A DNA stretch of 53,360 bases. Source: Catajapyx aquilonaris. Its lineage: Eukaryota. Position 1 is the stretch's first letter, and each line of letters begins with the position of its first letter. The notes beneath the pieces are model-generated. The model was not told where the DNA came from. It saw nothing but the letters and a program-made list of their open reading frames with translations, and searched no databases. Positions 1 through 12,536 of this stretch are shown one piece after another. The translations under genes and the position numbers were made by a program. Location: contig JYFJ02002695.1 in the NCBI GenBank assembly GCA_000934665.2, positions 1-53,360 of the forward strand. The letters run 5' to 3'.

Positions 1-497
1 AGGGTTCAATTGGATGTGGGTTTCACATATATTTTTTTAAAAAAAATCGAAGACCATGACTGGGCACCCTCCGTCTGGATTGAAATGGAACCAGCCAGAA
101 GCTCTTTATTCGCAGTTGACAGAAGCGAAAGAAAGCAGCTTGATGGTCTCATAATAAATACCGGAGCAAAGAAACTATGGAAAACGAAAATGTTTGTGGG
201 GGAGTGGGGGATGGTGGTGTGGGATCGAAAAAAGTGGGGGGAATCAAGGTAGAAGGGATTTGGAGCTGGCAGAGCGGCTCCCGGCAAATGCGCGCGGCCA
301 AAATTCGGATGTTACTGTCGCTCATATCTCGGAAAAGGCTGGACGTTGCGAGCTAACACTTTCACCACTGTGTCTATCGCACATGAATGACCCCTCACGC
401 CAGTTTCAACCAAATCGGAGGTTCCCGACCCTGACCGTTCCCTTGTAAGTGCAAGCAAGTATCCCTTGCTCTGGACTATATATACGCCTTATACTGC

Positions 498-1017
498 TTA
501 TAGCCTATTTCTACTTGCACAGTATGTTATCAAATATTTTTCTTTCAATGTTGATTCATCCGGAATGTGCTGATTACAGTACGTTTCTAAAAAGGTACCA
601 AATGCTGTCACGTTTAGCTTTTCGAACGGCATGTTTGCTGAAACTACGTAGTTCTTTGCACAGATCAGAGGAGGACTTATCTCCTGTTGTGGATGTTGAT
701 GTTTTGGTCAGAAGCTTCTACCTACTCCTAGATGCCTCCTGCAGCACATGTTTTTTTTTTTTTTTTTTTCTGCAGTCACCTGATTTACGTAAAACTTAAT
801 TATTATCCGGGCTCAAATGAAAGCAGTCTGTAGCTTGATTTACATGAAAAGTTGTAGAATCCCAGTCTGAGAGCAACAAAAGGATAAAATCAAGTCACCC
901 TACCTTCTTGCTGCAGACCTGGCAGAAAATTCAATTGCCGTCTGTGGTCAGCTCTTGGTAATCTTTGACCCACTGCCTCTTCAAAGAAGACACTGACACT
1001 GTCTTCTGCTTACCCAT
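498..1017 (-). pseudogene. Decayed CGGBP1-like (BED-finger) hAT-related transposase N-terminus with a 124-nt intron
   Basis: MGKQKTVSVSSLKRQWVKDYQELTTDGN*IFCQVCSKK | intron 903-780 | VTAEKK...SDLCKEL / VVSANMPFEKLNVTAFGTFLETYCNQHIPDESTLKEKYL, with stops and a frameshift. Confidence 0.7.
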
Positions 1018-1504
1018 CTTTACCAGAGCAGATCCAGTCACTTTCTGATGCCTTGTCCTCCCATATACCCTTTTGTCTGCGAGATAGAAATTCCACATGT
1101 CATCATTTCCTCTCCAGCCAATTAGATGCCGCTTTCTCTGACAAGGTGCTGGAAATTGCAAAATAGCGGTGCCTGTATAGTGAAAAACATACTCCCGAAC
1201 CAAATGTAAGAACGTGCTGGAACATGCGAGTCCCTTCTATCAACATCATCATGTGGCGGTGAGTTGCGCTTTTCAAAGGCACAACGGGAAACTGCCACCA
1301 AATCTTAATCCCTGACAAGGTTGCATTTCATTCAGCTTTCCATATGTCCGATCTCGAGTTAATCCCTTCTTCTGATTGGAACCGCCTTCCGGCTCATAAG
1401 TGTTACGGCAACATGATCCGTATTGCTTCTGAGTGACTTTCGAGCCTTGCAGGAGTACAATAATACTCTGGGGGGAAAAAAAAACAAAAACATGCTTCTG
1501 AAGG

Positions 1505-1765
1505 AGTAGGTTCGGAATAGGCCCAAAGTCCAGAAATTGCTTCAAAAAGTTCAAAAACTATCCCAAAAATGGCCAAATAGGCATGAAAAGGCGCAAAAAA
1601 ACGGAATAGGCCAAATAGTTCCGAAAATCACGAAATAGGCAATTTTAGGCACTATCAAACCTACATTTTCCACATCCTGTACTTATGTAATGGATAGATC
1701 TCTTCACAAAACCATCCCAACTGTAAAGGAACTTAATAGGCATTTGCCTAAAAATCTGGGCTTTA
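1505..1765 (-). mobile_element. Probable terminus of the CGGBP-like element (repeated AATAGGC subterminal motifs)
   Basis: Several aatagg(c) copies ending in gcctaaaaatctgggcttta. The partner end was not found. Confidence 0.35.
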
Positions 1766-1942
1766 CTGATGAGTCTTGTCTTGTGAAGCACAATATTATT
1801 ACTCTTGCTATGAAAAAAGGTCAGAGTGAATAAGGGAAGCCCCAATATATGCCTCCTTTCTCCATTATCATGACAGCAAAATCATACAAGGGTTACAACT
1901 GACATCATACAACTTAAAGTGTCCATTGCTTTGAAGATGATT

Positions 1943-1948
1943 TTTATT
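1943..1948 (-). terminator. Candidate polyadenylation signal of shugoshin
   Basis: AATAAA on the minus strand about 120 nt after the stop codon. Confidence 0.45.
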
Positions 1949-2067
1949 TTTGGTGATTGGATATTAACAATGAAACCACTTTTAAAAATCACAGAGCACA
2001 AATCCCGGTCTCTTTCATATAAACATCTGAATATGATGAATGAGAAGTCTGACTGTCAATGGGCAAG

Positions 2068-2083
2068 TTATTGCCGCAATTTC
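2068..2083 (-). CDS. Sgo1: Shugoshin last coding exon (K-KLRQ*)
   Basis: taatttttacag acceptor after a 66-nt intron; completes the EPSLRKKLR motif, then TAA. Confidence 0.88.
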
Positions 2084-5000
2084 CTGTAAAAATTAATATG
2101 ACATTAGGGGATGAAACTCTAGCATAATGTCACAAAACATTCAACTCACTTTCTCAGAGAAGGCTCTTTGTAAGTGGCCCTGCCAGCAGCTTGGCGCCTT
2201 CGGAGCTCACGGCTTCCAGGATCCTTGCTATGACCTATGTTCAGAGATCAACAAAATGTCATAGGCTTCACAGTAGAACATGAACCTGTGTTGTCAACTT
2301 CCCTATTCTGCACGTACACACAGGACCAGGGGCCCTATTCTCGTACCGATCGATTCGTCCAATCAGTTCATCTGACCGATCTCTGACATCAAAATGACAT
2401 GAACTGATCAGCGCCACTATCCCGGGATTGGTACGTAGGAGGGTTAGGCCTCGCCCCCTACCCGTGTGCACTCGGTTGCTCGACTCATGCTGTATTTTCC
2501 TTCCCCCTTGGTTTTTGAGATTGCTGCCATGACGTCACTTTCCACTCTGTTGGTCCTGACCAGACAATCTCAGCTGAAAGGCTGCTTTTCTGCTTGCCTT
2601 CTAAGTACCGTATCCTAACCGTTTCAATGACCAAGTGGGCAGTGCTTTCTAATTTTAAGTTATTCTCAATAATATTAGATGAAAATTAATACTGTAGCAC
2701 ATTGCTAGCATCTTGTATGACCATTTCAATTGGAAAAAAAAGAGGATAATTTTCAACTTTCAAGACCATGTTGTTACTACTCTGATTTTTAAATACTGCG
2801 CCCCCCCCCCNCCCCCCTCCCCAATAATATAATGGAAGAGTAATTTCCTGTAAAAATTTATCATCGTACACTGCAAAATCCATGCTGGAAGAGATTCCTT
2901 CCCCAGAATTTTTAATTTCTCGAAATGGTGAGTTACAAAATCTCGAGTTATGCATCTTGAGTGATAACTTGGCATATGACGCTGATGGAAAAGGCATGGC
3001 ATCAGAGGTGGGCACCGCTAACTTTCGATAACAGCTAACTTGCTCAGTAAAACCATGGACATCGCTAAATCGTTAATGCTAAACAGCTAGAAAGGTTAGT
3101 GGAAACCGCCCTAATCGTTGACCACTTATGATTAATAGGAGTTCCCCAAAATAAAAGTTGACATATCTACAAGAACCTTTTAAAATATAAGTACGAGGGT
3201 CAACCCATGCTTTTGTGATGGTCCTCTCATAATTATATGTTGCAAATTGCCAGCATTATGACAGGAAGAGGACTTGCCTAGATTAGACACAGATCTATTC
3301 CTGGGAGTGTCCTGCTCATGGGTAGATCCCACCTGCGCTGCTGGAGTGCATGGTGTAGAAGCAATGATGGAGCAAACTGCAAGTGCACTTCCTTCGACTT
3401 CCACATTTGCTGGGGTTGGATCTGAGAATCAAAAAAGATAGATCACATTACGAGGGGTGTTATATAAGTTTGTGGTTTCGCCTAGAAGGAGAAGCAAATG
3501 CGGGAGCTAAACAGTGACATTAAATCGAGCCACCCTTCAAACCCCTATATCCACCCAATTGACATAGGTGTCAAAGTCCTTGGGTTCAGAAATAATTCGG
3601 AAGTGAAAGGGTGCGCAGCATCTTGTGAAGATGGCGAACATCACACATCGTGCGGTCATCCAATACCTGGTGGCAAAGGGAATGGGTGCCAAGGACATCT
3701 TTGAGGACATGAAGGATACATTGGCTGGCGATGCACCATCCTACAGCATGATCCAGAAGTGGACTGCCCTCTTCAAACACGGCCGAGACAGCCTAGAAGA
3801 CGACCCCCGCTCCGGAAGACCTGTGTGTTCCACCACTGAAGAAAATGTGGCCAAAGTGGAGGAACTAGTGATGGGAGACCGAAGACTGACTATCAGGTAC
3901 CTTGCTGAGGTGGTGGGCATCTCAACATTTTCCATCCACACCATACTACATGACCACCTGCGCCTGTGGAAGGTGTCAGCACGATGGGTACCCCGAATGT
4001 TGTCGCCAGGACAGAAGGCGGCGCGTCGGGAGATGTCACAATCAAATTTGGACCTGCTGAATGCTGATGCAGGAGGATTTTACGCTCGTCTGGTCACAGG
4101 ATGAAACCTGGGTACCTCATTGTGTTCCCGAACACGAAGAAACACCTACGGGGTCGACTCCATGGGAGTGACGAAGAGGTCAAGGCAGCTGTGGAGGACG
4201 TCTTGGGGGGGTGGGATTCTTCCTTCTACCGGAGCGATTTGGAGAAGTTGCCACGAAGATGGACAAAGTGTATTGACCAGTGTGGGGACTATGTTGAGAA
4301 ATTAAATTGTTTCTTTGTCATGTCTCGCGTATGTCTACTTGAAACCACGAACTTATATAACACCCCTCGTATATGTCCTGAAGGGGCATTGAATTTTACT
4401 TATACAGGGTGGTCGGTAAGGGGTCGTCCATATACCACGTGACCGTTTTGGGGGGAGGGAGGGTCTGCTGATATACCCCGGTTGGTCACGGGGGGAGGGG
4501 GGGAGGTCGGCGAAAATTCACGTGGTATCTCTGAACACAGTGAACACAGCTTTTGCAGATGCACATGGGTTCAAAATAACCTAAAATTCGAAATCAGCGA
4601 CCCCGAAAACTTGGGGAGACATGTTTTTTACGTGATTAAACAGTTGAGTTGAGGAGCTATCAATTTCGATCGCGTTTTTTCTGATAACATTGACATTTAA
4701 AAAAACACGNGGGGGGTCAAAAAGTGGCCAAAAATCGGTCACGTGGTTTATGGACGACCCCTAAATGGCGCACAAGCTTCAGGTAGCGAGATTCCTTGTG
4801 AAAAACCAGTATATGGAAGTGAAGGTCATATTGCTCTACGATGCCTGGTTAGGGCTCACGAGGCCTCCAAAGTTTGGACCAAATCATGACGTCACATCCG
4901 CCCGTGAAATTCAAACACTACAGTATCGCTAACCGTCCGCGGCGTGTTGCTAGGCGTTGCCATGTTGACATCACCCACATGTTCACCAAACAATGGAACC

Positions 5001-5884
5001 GTATAAACCCGCAGGGACGTTGCCAGGCACGCGGCGACTACGGCATGGCAATGCCTGGCAACGTCCCTGCGAGTTTATACGGTTCCATTGTTTGGTGAAC
5101 ATGTGGGTGATGTCAACATGGCAACGCCTAGCAACACGCCGCGGACGGTTAGCGTTCCATTGTTGTGTGGAAATGTGGGGGGTGTCAACATGGCAACCCC
5201 TGGCAACGCACCGCAGACAGAAGCGATACGGTACTGTTTGAATTTCGCGGGCTGATGTGACGTCATGATTTGGCCAAAACTTTGGAGGCCCCGTAGAGCA
5301 ATATGACCTTCACTTCCATACATCATGTATGCTCACATCATTGAATACCTTTGAGCTCCTAAGGATTATGCAATCTCAGAAAGATTCACCTAGCACAATT
5401 GCCAACTATCCCAATACAAGACCTCCTACTCTCTATTCAATTCTCTCTAAGCAGTCTAAGATCTAAGCATCTAAGAAATCAGCATGTTGCATAAACATTA
5501 TGCTGGTGCAATATAATAAATTTCAAGGAATAAATTTTATTTAGCCTCAGTGATTGCATCCACTGAGGGACACTACTCCATTTAAGCATTTATAATTTGT
5601 GTATTATAGTAACAGATTGTAATTTACAGAAACAAAGGGCTAGGGAGGAGGGGTACAATCAAATAGCCTCTACAGAATCCAAAGTGTAGGGAATGGAGGA
5701 TAAGTGAGCTTATAATTATATTGCCATGCCACTTGGCCACATAAGTATGAAAAAAGAGCATCTGTCTTAATTGTCCATCTGTTGGTTGGTGTAAGGCTGA
5801 CAAGAATCCCGACCTGGGAGGAATCGAATCAGTATTGCACAAGGTACAGCTTTCATTTGGGTTAACCTTGACCCTCACTTTCAC

Positions 5885-5920
<36 letters not shown>

Positions 5921-8900
5921 TTCATACCCATTATCAGCCATCGGCTCTTTAGGGGGGAAGTTTGTTTTGCCTGGAACTCTGCTTTCATTTTACTATGCTC
6001 TTTGGGACAGGATAGGGCGGAAGGAAGCGGCTGTGGCCTATTAATTACGGAAGCAACTCCGGAATTATCCTGGAGGACCGTGAGAAACCACAGAAAACCA
6101 CGGTCAGAGTTGCCGGCCCTGGGATTTGATCCCAGGACCTCCCGATTAGCAGTCGGACACCATATCCCCTACTCCAAACTGCTTCGGTCACTTTCACTAT
6201 CAATTTACATAAATGGATCAATTTAAATGTCCCCCCCCCCCCCTTTTTCCTTACAAAAATTAATAGCCCCTGGTCAACCCTGTCTTATACCTGCATGCCT
6301 TCCGTCATAAGGACTAACCTCCAGACAAAATAAATTAAAAAATTATTATAAATTATTATACCTGCATGCCACAGTATATGGAAACACAGTATTACAATAA
6401 AACTTGAGTTAATTATGCTGGATGTCATGGTGTTTCTTTTATAAATGGAAGTTCAACTCTCCCCATCCCTCATCATAATCTCAGATTGGAAAGTGATCAC
6501 CACTCATTGAACATGGTTATCAAAAACCAAAGCGAGACCAGTCAATAGGGTTGTTCCCACGTATCACAAAATCTCGATCTTCAACCACGATTCTGAGGGG
6601 CAAAATCAGGTTAATATATTTGGTGACTGTTCCCAGTGGCGGATTACCCATAGGCACAGTAGGCACTGGCCTAGGGGCGGCCGGGAGTTACAATAAGTAA
6701 TATTTCTCAAATACAAGAATAGGAAATTAAGGCGAGATCACAAAGAAAATCGAATTTTTAGAGCTTGATTTACCGCTACAGCCAGAAAAGGTAATTGCCA
6801 AAGGGGCGGCCATAACGTTCAATATAATATCTTAAAATAAAATAACATTAAATGAAGGAGATAACACAATTAAAAAATTTTGATTTTTAAGCGTCAGGTC
6901 GGGNGGGGGGGGGGGGGGTGGGGGGGGGGGCTATCTCAAGTGCCTAAGGGCGGCTGGGGGGGTAAATCCGGCGCTGACTGTTCCCATGAGGCACGTACTT
7001 TTCATGATTTTTGGTAGATGGGTCTGGAAGCACGCCCTCCTGCCTGGCGAAAAAATTACTCTCGCTTCGGCTCACGGTCAAAGGCATGGGTGACTCTACG
7101 ATAGGCCTGGCTGTAATAGCATGGAGACATGCTATCTACGTTATTGCACAGGTCCTGGCTGCCCGCAGAGCGAGAGGGCAGACGGGGCCTAGCAGAGAGC
7201 CACCATGTTGCTCACCTAAGAACCGGTCCGGAGGGATAGTAACATCAGTGTTCGAAATTGGGATACATAGGCAGGTCGCCAGTGGCACCTGAAATGTACA
7301 GCATGGTCGCCAAAACTGTATGTCTAGTCGCCATTATTTTATTTTATTATATACCATTACTGTTCCATTGCACAAAATCGCCTATAGTTATAGTGTACAG
7401 AGTTAATATGCTTCACAAGCTTCACAATTCAGAAGCATATTTTAGTATTTTACCAACTGCTTCTTTTTAGACACGGAACTGCAATAATAGCCTACACAAA
7501 TCACATCAATGATGGATTCACGCTGTTCCTCGGTGTTGATTTTATGCTGGCAGACTCCTCTTCTTCCTCGTCAGCTGGTTTGCTGACTTTGGAAATGCTA
7601 CTGCCCACAAAAAAAATCCGAAATCTTCCGTTTTGCCTTTTTCCTCGGGAGAGCACTTCTGGAGTCCGATCCGCCTCTCTTTCTCTTGCGGACTGCGACT
7701 CGAAACAGTCGAAAGACTATCTAAGACTATTTCAAAACTTCTCTCCCCCCCGCGGCCCCCCCTCAACCCTCAACCCTCAAGGCCTCAATTCACTCATGAC
7801 TTATACCGGTCATCGACCTTGGACCTTCTTCACCACACCTTTCCTGTTCCCTCCTCCTAATTAGGTCCATCCTGTCCCGCTTTCCCCTTTCCCCTCCTCT
7901 ACATCTGGCTGTGACCCCGCGTAGCCGAGTCCTTCCTGCTATCCTGCAACCTTATTTACCCCAACTTGGAACTTGACCCCCGGAGTGAGGACTCCAATAA
8001 ATACCAGGCGCGCTTCATGATAATGAGCCACCGACAGAATCTGCACTGCAGGAACGAAATTGAAAATACGAGGCAGAAATACAGTATTGGAAGGGAAAGC
8101 TAGTCGCCAAAGTGGCGACTAGCCATCTTTATTCAGTTGCCAATGGATAACCTAAAGTCGCGAAATGCGACCGGCGACCGGTTAATTTCGAACCCTGAGT
8201 AACATCAGGATCACAACTAGGAACCTGGCAGTCAACTTCTTCAACCTGGCTGCCCCAGTCACCTTCATTAACACGTTTGAGTGGAGGAAGGGCATGTGGG
8301 AACACCCCAATCGTGGTTTTCGGGGGTAAGGATCATGATCCCTGTGGCATGTGGGAATGGCCCTATTATCTAGTGTCCAACTAAAAAATAAGGTGGCACC
8401 ACACTAGACTTACCCCCTGGTGCTTAAAAAGCTACCAATTCTAATCTAATGGCTTCAAACCCCTATGAAAATGTCTTTGCGTCAAATTACAATGTTTGGT
8501 GATGTAAACCTAATTGTTTATATTATAACAAAGATACTTCCTGATATACAGGGTGTATCTGTCATTATTTTTATTTCCTAATAACTTTCCAACGAGTACA
8601 CCAACCGAAGTGAAACATGGTTAAAAATGTGCAGGGATTGATGAGAATTGAGCTGGATGACACTTCTTGCAATTGTGGCACTGCTAGTGGGCAGCTTGGA
8701 ACAAAATGTTAGACCACATGTCTGTAAGTTATCATGCGCGCATTGCTAGCCGCATGGAAGTATTAGGCAGTGTCACACAGGTTCAGCGATGGTGGCGCAG
8801 AGACCAGGGTATCCATGCCACCCTAGGCAAGGACAGAGAAACGGTTTCATGCCAAATTGATGTCCATGGATTCCCTTGCAGACCCTCCCAGGTCCCGCCA

Positions 8901-9578
8901 CCTGAACTCAGGGGTCCCTGCAGAGGTGGCATCCTTCACGACTGCAGCTTTTCAGGCTAGTCCTCAAATGTCAATGTGACAGTATGCAAGGGAAAGTGGT
9001 CCCTCACTCTCTCCAGTAGACAGAAGGCTGAAAAGTATCAAGTGGAGGCTCTGGAAGCCCCGCAATGTGCAGGCACCGTCTCCAGAGGACTGTGATGTCA
9101 GAATGGAGTTTTGTGATGGAATGATTTTCTGGAACAACTATAAACTCGACACTGTGGAGAACATCCTTCTTTCCAATGAGCCTGTTTTCCATGTGGGTGG
9201 TTTTGTAAGAGAAGGTATACGGCCAGAAGCCCCACACCATAGTGGAGTTGCAGACCGCTTGTGTGTGTGTGTGTGTTCAGGTCTTGCATAGGGTCTGGGG
9301 ACCAAGGTTTGTGTTTTGACTGTAGCTCTGGGGACATGCTCCAAATTGTGGGGACATTTCGCGTCCCCACAGCCAAAACGCCTGGTGGGATACTGCTTCA
9401 GTGGGGACATGTCCCCACAATTCCGTTATGTAGGGTTTTACAAAAGTCCATTTTTCTCAGCCTGGATAGATAGGGTAGTGTAGGTTAGGTTAGGTTTGGG
9501 TAGGTTAGGTTAGATAAGTTTACACTCGCTTCGCAAATCTGTGTTTTTCTTGCCCCCACAGCCTATGGGGCGCAGGAA

Positions 9579-9610
<32 letters not shown>

Positions 9611-12453
9611 TTTGTTACCCCGTGATAGGGCTCGAGGCCCTCTTAGGGGGGAAGGGGAAGTTCCCAAGGGAGGGCGCAGTGCGATAGCCATTTCCGACAT
9701 TCTTTAACACCAGGCCTTTTCTCCTGGCCCCAAGCAGAGAAGGGAGTGCAATTCTGCTCCGGCATGTGGGGTGAAATGCGGAAAAAGACCCGGCCAAGCA
9801 GAGGTGACGGGGACGGGATTTGAACCCCGGCCTCCCGCTTGGCTGGCCAGTGGCGTAACCATACACTAGACCACCATGCCACCCTTTAAACAATACATGT
9901 TCAACTTACCAACATCTTGCTTCCTCTTTTTTTGTGGCTTTTTGGACTGCCGTTTAATGCGACTGGAGCAACTAACAGATGAAGAACGTGAGGATGATGA
10001 TGATGTAGATGATGTAGAATCAGAGGTAGTACCTCCAGTGTTCTCCCTCACCCCACCTATGTTCACTTGAGTTGAGTCAACATTCCTGAGCATTGACTCA
10101 GCAATGTCATGAAGGCAGACAACAGGCACAGGTCTTCCATCCTCAGACTGTAACCTTCTCAAATCATCCAAAGCTGCATTGTTTTGTTCACCATTTCCTT
10201 CATTTGCAGCTGGCTCAACCTGCCCCAGGTACTGAATAGTATCACTAGTATTATCTGCCACTTCACCCAATGACACTGTGCTGAAAGAAAAATGAACTTT
10301 AGTTCTGAATGGTCCAAATAGGTATTTAGCCACTTGCTAAATGATCCTTACCTTCCATCAGGTCTCTCTCTTCTTGACTGTTCAATATCGTCAACATGAG
10401 TTAAACTTGTCAACCAACTTGGTCCTGCTACATCTTGGGCAGAAAATTCTTCTGATTCACCAGGACATGGCGTCAAACATTTTCGCCTTTTCCGGCGAAG
10501 TTTGGCCTCACTTGGTTCAGGAGTAGCTGCAGAAGTTGATGGTTCAGGAGGCAACTGAATAGAACTAGCTCCATGAAGCAAGCTGTTGATGTCATTAAGA
10601 GGAATGTGTGGGCACAGAGGAGTATTTCCCAGCTGTGGGTGAGGCTGTGAGGTAGTAGGTGATGCAATCGGCATGAGGCCAATTCCAACTGCAACCTCCT
10701 GTGAGGAATGTGATGCTGTGGAGCCACTGTCTTCTGGTGATCTGGGTGTCATTCCCTCAGCACTGGTGTTTGCACTTGATCTTTGCCCACTGACATGTGA
10801 CAATGCTATGGCACCATTATCTACCAAAAAAAAATCAAATATAACTATTCATAAATCCTACTTAAAAGTTGGTAAACCCGAATGGCATTTTAATATTCCT
10901 TTCAACTCACCATTGCGCCTGGTATCAGGGCTGTTAGTTGGAAGGCAGTCTCTGATGCGATGCAAATTAATGTGAGGCTTCCTTATGGTATGACCTCCAA
11001 CCATGGGTGACACCTTAAGTTTGGGAGTTTTTGAGTCAAAAACCAATGAGGAGTTTCTCTTGTGCAAGTTGCTGCCACAGAAGGGCTGTTTAGAGCTGCT
11101 GACAGAAGCAGTTGATGTACGTTGCAAAAACCGGTTCAGCATATCGCCTAGTGCTTTGGAACTGTTCGCTGTACTGGCCACTATCTTCTCATGAAAAGCT
11201 TTGATATTCTCAGCCATTTTCTGGAAAAACAAGAAATAACAACAGTGATAACTTCCCATCAAACCACCATCCTCATTATGCCATGCTACAGTTCTTGACA
11301 TACGCTAGCATGTGTTGCATTTTACCAAATATAAGTGGAGGGAAAAGTAGGCTAGGAGGAAGAGGGTAGGGTGATTTTCCGCAGCTTCTCCTCCACTTGT
11401 GCACAATCAATTTCAGTGTTGATTCTAACAACGACCCCAGTGAACTGCCCAATACAAAATATTTTATAATACTTTTAAAGATCGCAAAAAAAAGTAACCA
11501 AAAGTAACCATCAATTACAAATAGGAAGCAAAGAGTAACCGATGAAAAAATAGTAATACAAAATTATAGTAACTGAGTGGCAGCCCTATAGCAATACTTA
11601 CTCGCATCTCCTCAATCTCACTCAAGTGCATCTGGCGGGTGTTACTCAGCTCAATGCGGAGATCATTATTTTCAGCCCTCAACAAAGCTTCTACTTTCCT
11701 CAGCTGTTGCTTTTCAATGTGTGCCTCTTCCAGAGCTTTGGCCAGGCAGCGATTGTTGGAGTGCAGTTTGGCACGTGATTCAGCGAGAGCTGTGAATTAA
11801 AATGGCAAGTGTGATTATATGGTTACATTGCATTTTTAGCAATTTTCCAACAATATGAAACAGGCAAAAAACTTCAGAAGGTTCCTCAATGAATATTACG
11901 CCTAAACAGCTACAGTACCAAGCAATTATGATGTAGGAATGATATCTACAGGTCATCCTGGTACAGTGCTGTTCATAAGAATGTATCCCTTGTAATGTGC
12001 TTCCATTTCTGGCGAAAGCTGTGGTAGAACAAATAAGGAACATACCTCAGGTGATAATAACGGATCTGGATGAAACTGATTATGCTCATAAAGGACAATA
12101 CAGGGTGTCCCTTTAATACCCCGCCCTTCCGTCTGGCAGTGGACTCATTGGCCCAAAACAAGTCGTAAATGTAGGGAGGAGAAATGAGGTAGTAACCGGT
12201 AATGAGATAAACAATGATCAAGATGAGGTCGCCCCTAAAACAATCACAGCCACCCATCCACCGGCTTTTGTGCGGGAGGAGCGGCAATCGGTTCGACTCC
12301 CTCACGTGTAGGGGGTTGCCTAGGGGGCAGGATATGAACCCAACATTGCTACCTGAGCACAAGACGACCTTGCTAAATCCCACTCGTTTTTCCCTTGTAG
12401 GCTACATTTAATACATCTGTTGCCCAACTGAATGGAAGATGGGGTGAACAGGG

Positions 12454-12536
<83 letters not shown>

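Larger units (their letters stand above)
6548..8363. mobile_element. Older TIR element hosting two nested hAT MITEs
   Basis: Imperfect TIRs GGGTTGTTCCCACGTATCAC / GGGCCATTCCCACATGCCAC, flanked by TA. Confidence 0.5.

Noticed and set aside
1..450. Possible first exon or promoter at the window start (GTAAGT at about 445)
   Set aside because: No recognisable protein or downstream partner exon.
1766..1800. CTGATGAG hammerhead-like core (similar at 33780 and 38848)
   Set aside because: No properly placed stem II and GAAA, so no ribozyme fold.
7216..8261. Apparent phase-1/phase-1 shugoshin exon (DWGSQVEEVDCQ...PPDRFL, G|GTGAGC donor) seemingly interrupted by the hAT element
   Set aside because: Weak acceptor (taatgaag), lies inside an older TIR element, and the flanking exons already join in phase without it.
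9480..9513. TTAGG repeats resembling arthropod telomeric DNA
   Set aside because: Only a few degenerate units inside a small inverted-repeat element; not a telomere.
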